Position numbers and translations under genes: made by a program. A stretch of DNA of 32,000 bases, taken from assembly GCF_018336915.1 (NCBI RefSeq), contig NZ_CP064923.1, positions 5,520,001-5,552,000 of the forward strand, read 5' to 3'. Positions 8,466 to 17,365 of this stretch are shown piece after piece (the first letter of the stretch is position 1; the number at the start of each line of letters is the position of its first letter). The notes beneath the pieces are model-generated. The model was not told the origin of the DNA, ran no database searches, and saw only the letters and a list, made by a program, of their open reading frames with translations. The stretch comes from Acaryochloris marina S15 (GTDB lineage Bacteria; Cyanobacteriota; Cyanobacteriia; Thermosynechococcales; Thermosynechococcaceae).

Positions 8466-8757
8466 GGGAGTGCCCTATGAATTGAGCTATGGTGGAATTG
8501 GACTCAAAGCAATTTATCTACGTACGCTTTGAACCGTATAACATTCCATATCTGCAGACCTAGGATTAGAGAAAAATATTTAAGCTAAAACTGAAGCCTA
8601 GAATTGATAGCTGCTCGAACGGTTCACAACCGACAGATACAGAACGCAACCTTAAAAACGTCAGTATGGGACCACCTCATACAAGATAGCTTTTTCTTCA
8701 GGGGAAGCAGGGCAATATCAGTGGTTTGAAACCTAAATTTACATATATTTATCAAAA

Positions 8758-11745
8758 TTAGATGACATCTTGACGATGCTGGATAAAAACCACCAGACTC
8801 AGCATTCCCACCATGATTAGTCCTAATTTCAGCCAATGTTTACCGACATTGACGGCAAATGCAGTGCCAGCCTTGTCATGAAAACGACCGACTAACAGTT
8901 CTGCAGCTGCAATCGCAGTCCCACGTTTCTCTCGCCAGTCGCTAAACTGATCTTGCCAAGTGTCCAATTGGTCACGATAATCCTTGACCTTATCGTTATA
9001 GTCTTCTATCTCATCTTCATAGGTAGACCGATTATCAGCCGTTAATTTAGGAGGATCACCCGGATCCTCAGGTTTAGCAGGCTGAGGCTGATCCACTGCT
9101 GGATCATATTCTTGGCGTAGGGCAGGAAAGGTACATTGAGTAAATATTTGCGGCCCCAGACACTGGCATTTTTCTTGGTCCTTGTCACTCAACTTTTCGC
9201 GCTCGTCTGACGACAGTTGCCAACAAGAATCTCCGGCAATATCCTTACCCACATCAGACAATGTAATTAAACTCTCATAGGGCCAACGCGTGACCGTGAT
9301 TTGGCTAAGGACTTGTCCTGGCGTCCCTAAAGAATCAAGAGAGATAATGGCTCCAGAAAAAGTAATTTGGGGGAGCAGAAATAGAATGGTTAGCAAAGGA
9401 GCCACACTCTGATTAGGGGCCAATGCGGAGACAAATAGACCCATGACCATGCCGCCCAAAGTGGCTAAGAAAAGAGTGAAATACATGCCCAGCAGGTTGT
9501 GCCAGTCAATCGGCAAGTTCACGGCCAATACCTTAGTCAGCAAAAAGATCGCCGCTTGATACAGGGCTAGCAGCAAACTGAGCCATACCTTAGAGAGCAC
9601 ATAGGGCAAAATTTTCAGCCCAATCATCCGTTCACGTCGGTAGATCTCCCGTTCTTTGACAATCTCCCGCATCATCGCCAAGCTACCGACCATCACAGCA
9701 GTCAAGACCGTGATAAATAAAAGCGTAAAGACCTGTCCCGGATCGCCATTCGTGACATCAAACATGGGGCGCTGCCACATGACAAAATCCAGCAATCCCA
9801 AGATGGGGGCTAATGCCAGCATCAAAATCAGGCTGGCACGATCCTGACGCAAGATAGTCCAATTGCGCTGGGCCAGAATAGAAAATTGTCGCCAGCCCGA
9901 AATAGCGGTCGTTCGGGGCTGAGGGGGCTTAGATTTCGCTTTTTGGGGCGTCGTCGGGACAGATAAAGTCGCCTGACGCTGAGTGATGTAGGTCTGATAG
10001 AGGGTGGACTGACGGTATTGCTGTTCCCATGCTTCTGGGGTTTGCTCCCCTTCTATTTTTAGGTAGATTTCATCGAAATCCTCCACCCCAAAATAGGTAA
10101 GGGCTTCGGCAGGAGGGCCAAAATAGGCAATCCGTCCTCCCTTAGCCAAAAACACAACCAGGTCACAAACCATCACATTTTTGGTGGCATGGGTAATCAA
10201 GAGAATAGTTCGCCCTTGATCCGCTAGCCGCCTCAGTAAGCGCATCATCAAGGTTTCAGTACCAGGGTCCAAACCCGAGGTAGCTTCATCCAAGAAAAAC
10301 AAACTGGGTTGGGTCAATAGTTCAACCCCAATAGAGACCCGTTTACGCTGACCTCCACTTAAGGAACGCACACGCAGATGCTCCCGTTCCCGCAGCTCTA
10401 AATCTTGGAGAACGGATTGAATCTGCTGTTTGCGCTCGGCGCGCGTTACATCAGCCGGAAGGCGTAAGCGGGCAGCATAATCCAGGGCCTGACTCACCGT
10501 TAATTCGCGGTGGATAATATCGTCCTGGGGAACATAGCCCAGGTCCGTGCGAAAGAGGTTGAAGTTCTTATATAGATCCTGCTCATTCACTAAGACCGAG
10601 CCACTGGTAGCGGGGCGGAGTCCATTTAAAGCGTCGAGGAGAGTCGACTTCCCTGCTCCACTCACACCCACTACAGCGACAAACTCCTGGGGCAGAATAG
10701 ACAAGGAAATGTCGTTTAAAAGAATATTGTTCTTACTGGTCACCTTACTCAGATGGACTGCATCTAGACGCAGATTTCCCGAGTCATTCTGCTGAATCAG
10801 AGTTTCATCAAAGTTAAAGACAAAGTGATACGGACCGATACGAATGGTATCGCCAGGACGGAGGGGTTGAGGATTACGGAGCTGCCGACCATTAACATAG
10901 GTGCCATTCGACGAATGGAGATCTTCGATCACCCAGGTGCCGCTTTTGAGGTCAATTTGGGCGTGAAACCGGGAGACTACAGGATGATCAATCACCGTAG
11001 TATTGCGTGGATCACGGCCAAAGCTCAGGCTTTTCAACTCTCGCAACACAAGGGTTTCGACCTGTTCGATGACATCCGTTTGCGGAATGACCTGATAGGT
11101 CAACGTGACCTGATCATCAATGGAGAAAAAATCTCCATCCTGGAGGGCTTTCTCCTGAATCCGGTCTCCCGCAAAGGTGAGCCCATGGGCACTCCCTAGA
11201 TCACTAATGGTGTAGGTCTCATTCTCCCAACTCAAGCGGGCATGACGGTCAGAGACCACAGGTAAATCGATGACAATATCACACTGGGGATGTCGGCCTA
11301 GGGTCAGGATTTCTTGGTTGAGGGGAAAGTCCTGGGTCCATTTAGAAGTGGTGACTTGTAGAACGCGATCGCAATGGGTTTGACTAACGACCGTTCCTGG
11401 CAAGATTGACTCTTGGGGAAACACCCCTGTTCCCAGGGTTTCTCGGAAATGAATGGCCGTATCGCCAATCTGAATCTCATCTCCAGGATGGAGATTGATA
11501 GGTTCGTTCGATAGCAACGGTTTCTTGTTGACTTGGAGGATAGCTTGGTTACTCAACAGCTTCAGAACATAATGATCGGTTTGCCACAAAATTTCGGCAT
11601 GGTGCGGCAGTATCGATCCACTTTCCAAGACAAGGGAGTTATCTGGATCAGACCCAATACTAAAGGTGGCTTGCGTTAACCGAAATTCTCGATTGATCTC
11701 TTCGCCATCAGTAATGACATGAAGCTGAGCAGATGCAGTAAGCAT
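8758..11745 (-). CDS. Triple-FHA ABC transporter: FHA-FHA-FHA, ABC ATPase, and an ABC-2/ABCG-like permease with a large outer loop
   Basis: 995 aa. Three FHA cores (FSIGSDPDNSLVL...HHAEI...PGDEIQIGD; LTLGRHPQCDIVI...SDRHARL; LSFGRDPRNTTVIDHPVVSRFHAQI...SSNGTYVNGRQL...PGDTIRIGP). Walker A GVSGAGKST, signature LSGGQRKRVSIG, Walker B LFFLDEATSGLD, then multiple TM helices. Confidence 0.92.
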   Translation of the reverse strand: MLTASAQLHVITDGEEINREFRLTQATFSIGSDPDNSLVLESGSILPHHAEILWQTDHYVLKLLSNQAILQVNKKPLLSNEPINLHPGDEIQIGDTAIHFRETLGTGVFPQESILPGTVVSQTHCDRVLQVTTSKWTQDFPLNQEILTLGRHPQCDIVIDLPVVSDRHARLSWENETYTISDLGSAHGLTFAGDRIQEKALQDGDFFSIDDQVTLTYQVIPQTDVIEQVETLVLRELKSLSFGRDPRNTTVIDHPVVSRFHAQIDLKSGTWVIEDLHSSNGTYVNGRQLRNPQPLRPGDTIRIGPYHFVFNFDETLIQQNDSGNLRLDAVHLSKVTSKNNILLNDISLSILPQEFVAVVGVSGAGKSTLLDALNGLRPATSGSVLVNEQDLYKNFNLFRTDLGYVPQDDIIHRELTVSQALDYAARLRLPADVTRAERKQQIQSVLQDLELREREHLRVRSLSGGQRKRVSIGVELLTQPSLFFLDEATSGLDPGTETLMMRLLRRLADQGRTILLITHATKNVMVCDLVVFLAKGGRIAYFGPPAEALTYFGVEDFDEIYLKIEGEQTPEAWEQQYRQSTLYQTYITQRQATLSVPTTPQKAKSKPPQPRTTAISGWRQFSILAQRNWTILRQDRASLILMLALAPILGLLDFVMWQRPMFDVTNGDPGQVFTLLFITVLTAVMVGSLAMMREIVKEREIYRRERMIGLKILPYVLSKVWLSLLLALYQAAIFLLTKVLAVNLPIDWHNLLGMYFTLFLATLGGMVMGLFVSALAPNQSVAPLLTILFLLPQITFSGAIISLDSLGTPGQVLSQITVTRWPYESLITLSDVGKDIAGDSCWQLSSDEREKLSDKDQEKCQCLGPQIFTQCTFPALRQEYDPAVDQPQPAKPEDPGDPPKLTADNRSTYEDEIEDYNDKVKDYRDQLDTWQDQFSDWREKRGTAIAAAELLVGRFHDKAGTAFAVNVGKHWLKLGLIMVGMLSLVVFIQHRQDVI

Positions 11746-12229
11746 AGTGGGGCAAGGATAGGATGGAAGCTAAGAGTTTAAAGGCAGTCATACAAAAGCC
11801 TAGGCTATTTTTCGCCCGAAATGGAGATAATTTTCACAGTAGATTGGAGTACATAGACGATAACGGTCACCCTTTGTGAATCAGGGCCATGACATCACTG
11901 ACACGCTCTTGTTGACCACCGATCGACCAGCATTCCCAAAGTCCTTTCACCTGACAGAATTTCTCTATCACCAGTTTTTACCCACCGAATTAACAGACAT
12001 AAGACCTGCCTTATCGCCCCTTCCAACCGAGATAAACCAGCGATTTGGACAGGTGTTGCTTACCCCTGGATCAACAAGGATAAGAATGGCTAAACTCGCA
12101 GAATATAAAGGTATTCTGTAGTTCACCTAAAGACTCAGGCCATTTTCAGAATGCCTTCTTAAGATGGGAGGTATAAAGACAGAGCCACCCGCAACAGGGC
12201 CGTCTGTCACCCATTACGGGGCATTAATA

Positions 12230-13303
12230 ATGAATAGTTCTGACAGCACTTCACTTGAACTGAGTTACGATTTTGCACTGGATCGGGACTGCACAACCCT
12301 GTCTCGTCACGTTCTAGAACATCTCCAAAGTTTTGGTCCAGAAGCCCAAGATATGAGTGCTCTGATGACTCGGATTGGGTTAGCAGGGAAAATAATTGCT
12401 CGCCGCCTAAGCCGGGCGGGTCTGGTGGAAGGCGCTTTAGGCTTCACGGGCGACGTCAATGTCCAGGGTGAAGAAGTCAAAAAAATGGACATCTATGCCA
12501 ATGAAGTATTTATTGCTGCCTTTAAGCAAAGTGGCCTCGTCTGCCGACTAGCTTCCGAAGAAATGGAGAAGCCCTACTATATTCCTGAGAACTGTCCCAT
12601 TGGTCGTTATACCCTGCTGTATGACCCCATTGATGGGTCCTCCAACGTTGATGTGAACTTGAATGTTGGCTCTATTTTTTCTATCCGTCAACAAGTCGGC
12701 AACGATCCCGACCATACGGGACAAGATCTCCTACAAGATGGGCATCAGCAAATTGCCGCAGGCTATATTCTGTACGGTCCCAGTACCGTTCTGGTATATT
12801 CCATCGGCAAAGGGGTCCATGTTTTTATCCTAGACCCAAGTATAGGAGAGTTTATTCTCGCCGCTGAAAACCTCACCATCCCCAAACATGGTCCGGTGTA
12901 CAGCGTCAATGAGGGGAATTTTTGGCAGTGGGAGGAGGCCCTCCGTGACTTTACTCGCTATGTTCACCGTCATGAAGGCCATACTGCCCGCTACAGTGGG
13001 GCCTTAGTGGGAGATTTCCATCGCATTTTGTTCCAAGGGGGCGTATTTATCTACCCAGGAACGCTGAAGAATCCTGAAGGTAAGCTGCGACTCCTCTACG
13101 AATCTGCACCTTTGGCCTATCTGATGGAGCAGGCTGGAGGGCGAGCGAGTATTGGCCAGTCCCCTTTAATGGACGTTATTCCCGATCATCTCCATGCCCG
13201 CACACCTTTGATTATTGGGAGTACAGAGGATGTGGCCTTAGTTGAGTCCTTTATTGAAGACAGAGAAAGACAGGCAGAAGAAGAACTCGCGCTGAAGCCT
13301 TAA
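12230..13303 (+). CDS. fbp: Fructose-1,6-bisphosphatase class 1
   Basis: Near-colinear with cyanobacterial class I FBPase as I recall it ([14 protein letters not shown]...[39 protein letters not shown]...[13 protein letters not shown]). The ORF track starts at 12164. ATG 12230 (MNSSDST...) gives the usual length, but the start is uncertain. Confidence 0.93.
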   Translation: MNSSDSTSLELSYDFALDRDCTTLSRHVLEHLQSFGPEAQDMSALMTRIGLAGKIIARRLSRAGLVEGALGFTGDVNVQGEEVKKMDIYANEVFIAAFKQSGLVCRLASEEMEKPYYIPENCPIGRYTLLYDPIDGSSNVDVNLNVGSIFSIRQQVGNDPDHTGQDLLQDGHQQIAAGYILYGPSTVLVYSIGKGVHVFILDPSIGEFILAAENLTIPKHGPVYSVNEGNFWQWEEALRDFTRYVHRHEGHTARYSGALVGDFHRILFQGGVFIYPGTLKNPEGKLRLLYESAPLAYLMEQAGGRASIGQSPLMDVIPDHLHARTPLIIGSTEDVALVESFIEDRERQAEEELALKP

Positions 13304-13348
13304 TGGCAACATCTGCAACTGTTTTCCCGATCGATTACAGAGTTTCCT

Positions 13349-13635
13349 ATGACGAATCATCTCCTAGAAATCAGTACCTTCGATCAAAGCTTTGGGATAG
13401 ATAATCTCAGTCGTGATCTAACTGAATCGGGTAAGCTGCAGCAGATGCCCCAAGATCAAGGCATTCATGGAATCACCTCCAATCCAGCCATCTTTGAGAA
13501 GACCAGGCAATGCCATCTATGACACCAACTATTGAAGTGATTGAAGTAAGGATCAACGTTGTGCAGCCCTTTAGCTCATTGCTGAAGTCTTTAGAAGCAA
13601 AAGATAAACGGTTAGTTACCGATGAGACCATTTGA
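13349..13635 (+). pseudogene. tal: Transaldolase (tal) remnant: N-terminal ~52 codons, a frameshift, a large internal deletion, and a C-terminal ~24 codons
   Basis: 13349..13522 reads MTNHLLEISTFDQSFGIDNLSRDLTESGKLQQMPQDQGIHGITSNPAIFEKT-RQCHL*. The +1 frame at 13503..13523 reads PGNAIYD. 13561..13635 (third frame) reads VQPFSSLLKSLEAKDKRLVTDETI*. It sits exactly where tal lies in fbp-tal-zwf-opcA operons. Confidence 0.8.
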
Positions 13636-13750
13636 TCCTTAGTGTTGGGTCTAGAGTATTTGGCATTGCCAAGACATCATATTGCTCTAGTTCCTAATAC
13701 TCATTCCCACAGTTTCCAAGTTCACCTATTCCCCTTTGTTTGCCCAGCCT

Positions 13751-15280
13751 ATGGTTACGCTTGCTGAAAATCCTCTCCGTGCCGGTCTACGTCAAGAACG
13801 TACACCAGAACCTCTGATCATGGTGATCTTTGGTGCCTCTGGCGACCTCACCCAAAGGAAACTGGTTCCTGCCCTCTACCATCTCAAACAACAGCGTCGA
13901 CTTCCGGCTGAACTGACTATTGTCGGGGTTGCTCGACGCGAGTGGAGTGATGATTTCTTCCGTCAACAGATGCGAGAAGGCATTGAAGAATTCTCAGATG
14001 GCATACAGTCCGAAGAGGTCTGGAACAGCTTTGCTGAAGGGTTATTTTATTGCCCTGGCAATATGGACGATCCCGAAGCCTATCAAAAGCTAAAAACCCG
14101 TCTGGAAGAGCTGGATGGCCGTCGCGGCACGATGGGCAACCGGGTATTCTATCTAGCCGTGTCTCCCAAGTTTTTTGCGGAGGCCATTCAACAGTTGGGG
14201 GCAGCCCAGATGTTGGCAGATCCGGTCAAAACACGGCTGGTAATTGAAAAACCCTTTGGTCACGATTTGGGCTCTGCCCAATCATTGAATAAAGTCGTCC
14301 AAGAAGTCTGCGCCGAAAATCAGGTCTATCGGATCGACCATTACCTGGGCAAGGAAACCGTTCAGAATTTGCTGATCTTCCGGTTTGCTAACGCCATTTT
14401 TGAGCCGCTTTGGAATCGACAATTTGTTGATCATGTTCAAATTACCGTAGCTGAAACCGTCGGGGTGGAGGAGCGGGCAGGCTATTACGAAACCTCTGGT
14501 GCTTTGCGAGATATGGTGCAAAACCATATTATGCAGTTGCTTTGCCTAACGGCGATGGAGCCTCCTAACTCTCTGGATGCAGATGCGATTCGCACGGAGA
14601 AAGTCAAGGTGGTCCAAGCGATGCGCTTGGCAGATATCCATAATTTAGAAAACTCCGCCATTCGCGGCCAATATACCCAGGGCTGGATGAAAGGCGAGCA
14701 GGTGCCCGGCTATCACCAAGAACCCGGTGTTAATCCCAAATCCACCACGCCCACTTATGTAGCCTTAAAGCTACTGATTGACAATTGGCGTTGGCAAGGA
14801 GTGCCCTTTTATCTGCGCACTGGCAAACGCTTGCCCAAAAAAGTGTCAGAAATTTCCATCCATTTTCGCCAAGTGCCATTCTTAATCTTTCAATCCGCTG
14901 CCCAGCAGGCGAATCCAAATGTATTAGTCATGCGCATTCAGCCTAATGAAGGGATCTCATTACGATTTGAAGCCAAGATGCCCGGACCAGACTTACGGAC
15001 CCGCTCTGTAGACATGAACTTTAGCTATGGCTCTTTCTTTGGCCAATCCACGGGGGATGCCTATGATCGCTTACTCTTGGACGCCATGCTGGGGGATCAA
15101 ACCCTCTTTACCCGTGGGGATGAAGTTGAAGAGTCTTGGCGAGTTTTAACCCCTGCGTTAACGGCCTGGGAAGTGCCCACAGATCCTGCCCTAGTGCCCA
15201 CCTATGAGGCCGGGACCTGGGAACCGGAAGCGGCTGAACTATTGCTTAATCGCGATGGTCGGCGCTGGCGTCGGCTGTAA
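13751..15280 (+). CDS. zwf: Glucose-6-phosphate 1-dehydrogenase
   Basis: NADP motif [13 protein letters not shown], active-site block RIDHYLGKE, and EKPFGHDL. The ORF track starts at TTG 13736. ATG 13751 ([10 protein letters not shown]) gives 509 aa, typical for cyanobacterial Zwf. Confidence 0.95.
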   Translation: MVTLAENPLRAGLRQERTPEPLIMVIFGASGDLTQRKLVPALYHLKQQRRLPAELTIVGVARREWSDDFFRQQMREGIEEFSDGIQSEEVWNSFAEGLFYCPGNMDDPEAYQKLKTRLEELDGRRGTMGNRVFYLAVSPKFFAEAIQQLGAAQMLADPVKTRLVIEKPFGHDLGSAQSLNKVVQEVCAENQVYRIDHYLGKETVQNLLIFRFANAIFEPLWNRQFVDHVQITVAETVGVEERAGYYETSGALRDMVQNHIMQLLCLTAMEPPNSLDADAIRTEKVKVVQAMRLADIHNLENSAIRGQYTQGWMKGEQVPGYHQEPGVNPKSTTPTYVALKLLIDNWRWQGVPFYLRTGKRLPKKVSEISIHFRQVPFLIFQSAAQQANPNVLVMRIQPNEGISLRFEAKMPGPDLRTRSVDMNFSYGSFFGQSTGDAYDRLLLDAMLGDQTLFTRGDEVEESWRVLTPALTAWEVPTDPALVPTYEAGTWEPEAAELLLNRDGRRWRRL

Positions 15281-15337
15281 TCCCTGAACACTAATATTTG
15301 TGATTCCTTCTCCATTCCCTTTGTCTTCATCAGGTCT

Positions 15338-16690
15338 ATGACTACTAAATCTGCTCCCATCGTCTCTTTACAAGCCCCAAAAGACGTTTCCCTGAATGAC
15401 ATCAATGCTGAGTTAAGCAAGATTTGGACCAGCTATAATTCTTCGGGCAATGGCGGTATGTTTCCCACCGCCACCCGAGCAGCGACCTTTAGCTTAATCG
15501 TCTATGAACCGGAAGAAACCCAACAGCTTCTGGCTGCGTTGGGATTTTATACCGGCCCCGTGGATGGCATTTATGGCCCACGCATGGGGGCAGCGCTGCG
15601 ATCGGCCCAAACGAAGTTCGGATTGGCAGAAACAGGCAAGCCAAATCCTGAAACTCTCGCCCAACTGCGTCAGGCAATGAAGGAACAGCAACTCAGCCAG
15701 GCTCAGAATGATGGCTATGTATTGGATGCTGGGGGGGCCGGTATTGCAGATGCGATCGCAAGCCAAAGCCCCTGTCGAGTCATCTCCCTCTTCCCCATGG
15801 CCGGTGAAGACGAAGGGGTATCGGCTCAGCTTTCTGCCTACTGCCCTGTCAAAAAGCAGAACCGCAGCTCACTGATTTGCTGTGAGTATATTTCTCTCAA
15901 GGGCACCGAAACTGCCCTTGACCGCGTAGGCGGACTGGTCCAGTCCCTCATGATTGGTGGCCTCCCCAAATTTTTGTGGTGGAAGGCTTTGCCTGCCGCC
16001 AATATGGAGCTATTCCAGCGGTTAGCCACTTCCTGCACTGCTGTGATTGTCGATTCCAGCCAATATCAAGATGCTCAATCAGAGCTGATTCATTTGCAAG
16101 AACTCATGTCCCAAGGGACCAACATCGTTGACCTCAACTGGCGACGGTTAGCGGCTTGGCAAGAATTAACGGCAGAAGCTTTTGATCCACCGACCAGAAG
16201 AGCCGCCCTCAGCGAAGTCGATCGCGTCACATTAGATTATGAGAAAGGAAATCCGGCCCAAGCACTGATGTTTTTGGGTTGGTTAGCCAGTCGCCTGCAA
16301 TGGCAACCGGTTGCCTTCACCTCCGAAGGTGGAGACTATGACCTCAAACGGATTCAATTTGTCAATTCCGAACAGCGAACGATTCAAGCAGAACTAGCAG
16401 CCATACCCACCCAACCTGGGGAAGTCGCCGGAGACATGATTGATCTGAAACTAGCCTCCACCAATTTACAGGCGGATTGTTGCACGGTACTTTGTTCAGA
16501 AACAAAAGGCTGTATGCGCATGGAAGCCGGCGGCGGAGCCCAATCCTGCCGCATTCAGCATGTCACTCCACTGCAGGATCAATCCTCTGAGACTTTGCTC
16601 AGCCAACAATTACAACGCTGGGACCAAGACGTTTTATATTCCGAAAGTCTTGCCGTAACCGCACAAATGGTACAGCTGGCATCGAGCTAA
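15338..16690 (+). CDS. opcA: OpcA, G6PDH assembly/allosteric activator protein
   Basis: 450 aa, immediately downstream of zwf. N-terminus VSLQAPKDVSLNDINAELSKIW...ATRAATFSLIVYEPEE is typical of OpcA. It contains a PG_binding_1-like segment (LLAALGFYTGPVDGIYGPRMGAALRSAQTKFGLAETG). Confidence 0.88.
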   Translation: MTTKSAPIVSLQAPKDVSLNDINAELSKIWTSYNSSGNGGMFPTATRAATFSLIVYEPEETQQLLAALGFYTGPVDGIYGPRMGAALRSAQTKFGLAETGKPNPETLAQLRQAMKEQQLSQAQNDGYVLDAGGAGIADAIASQSPCRVISLFPMAGEDEGVSAQLSAYCPVKKQNRSSLICCEYISLKGTETALDRVGGLVQSLMIGGLPKFLWWKALPAANMELFQRLATSCTAVIVDSSQYQDAQSELIHLQELMSQGTNIVDLNWRRLAAWQELTAEAFDPPTRRAALSEVDRVTLDYEKGNPAQALMFLGWLASRLQWQPVAFTSEGGDYDLKRIQFVNSEQRTIQAELAAIPTQPGEVAGDMIDLKLASTNLQADCCTVLCSETKGCMRMEAGGGAQSCRIQHVTPLQDQSSETLLSQQLQRWDQDVLYSESLAVTAQMVQLASS

Positions 16691-16730
16691 AGCACCTCAA
16701 AGGCGAGAAGACTCGCAGTATCGCAGTACT

Positions 16731-16759
16731 CCCTTAGCAGCGTGTCATGCTGCTAAGGG
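16731..16759. terminator. Perfect 11-bp hairpin at the convergent junction of opcA and the 100-aa gene
   Basis: CCCTTAGCAGC (16731..16741), loop GTGTCAT, GCTGCTAAGGG (16749..16759). It starts 41 nt after the opcA stop and spans the stop codon of the minus-strand gene. There is no U-run on either side, so function is uncertain. Confidence 0.4.
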
Positions 16760-17047
16760 GTAAAGCTGAGCCATCCACATATCCGCTGGATCGCTGTAAT
16801 ATTCAATTTCATCAACCTGAAATTTGAGGTGTCCGTCTGGACTTGCAATGTCAATATAGTCACCTGGACGGACCACAGGACCTTGCGCGGTCATATAGCT
16901 GACCGAAGTATCGGCACTCGTTTCCAGAAAAAACTCGGTTCCTAGCTGCCCCTGATTATACCGGTGGGTTCTCTGCTTGCGTGCTCGCCGTTTTTGATTA
17001 AAAGATGCTCGACCCAGTTGCCAGTCAGGATAAATGGATATTCCCAT
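16745..17047 (-). CDS. Hypothetical protein (100 aa)
   Basis: Uninterrupted ORF with a basic N-terminal third (FNQKRRARKQRTHRY) and an acidic C-terminus. No family recognised. Called coding only from length and its isolated position. Confidence 0.5.
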   Translation of the reverse strand: MGISIYPDWQLGRASFNQKRRARKQRTHRYNQGQLGTEFFLETSADTSVSYMTAQGPVVRPGDYIDIASPDGHLKFQVDEIEYYSDPADMWMAQLYPLAA

Positions 17048-17365
17048 GGTTCCCCCCGTTGGAAATAAATGCTTTAGTAACCAAGGCTCCCAGGATTGCC
17101 AATCACCCGTAACGGAGCCTTAACAGTGATAAAAAATTCAACCTCTAAATTTGACAATAGTGGGTTTACTAGGGACCCAAAACCGTAGGATTACTGATTT
17201 CTTTATTTTCCCTCAAGGCTAATTCCCCGTGAACCTACGGAGACTCCGCGAAGACACCGACTATCAGAGGTTTTGAGGGAGAAGAGTTCACTTTCTGAAC
17301 ATAGATGTTGTACGCTAGCACAGCATCTTTGAGGTGTAGCAATACCGTATTGAAGAGGACCATCC

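Noticed and set aside
11876-12121. 81-aa GTG-started ORF in the divergent region between the ABC transporter gene and fbp.
   Set aside because: No SD, no recognisable motif, and low-complexity Thr/Leu/Pro composition. It lies where the two divergent promoters must be, so it is probably non-coding.
17048-17365. Possible cobalamin riboswitch in the 318-bp region upstream of cobB. It contains CCCTCAAGG...TTTTGAGGG pairing and a GGAGAC core reminiscent of the B12 box.
   Set aside because: The B12-box match is only ~7 of 15 positions (CTACGGAGACTCCGC versus GCCAGGAGACCTGCC). I cannot find the other conserved elements (GGTG..AATCC, CCGCCACTG). The region is also a divergent promoter. An Infernal scan with RF00174 would settle it.
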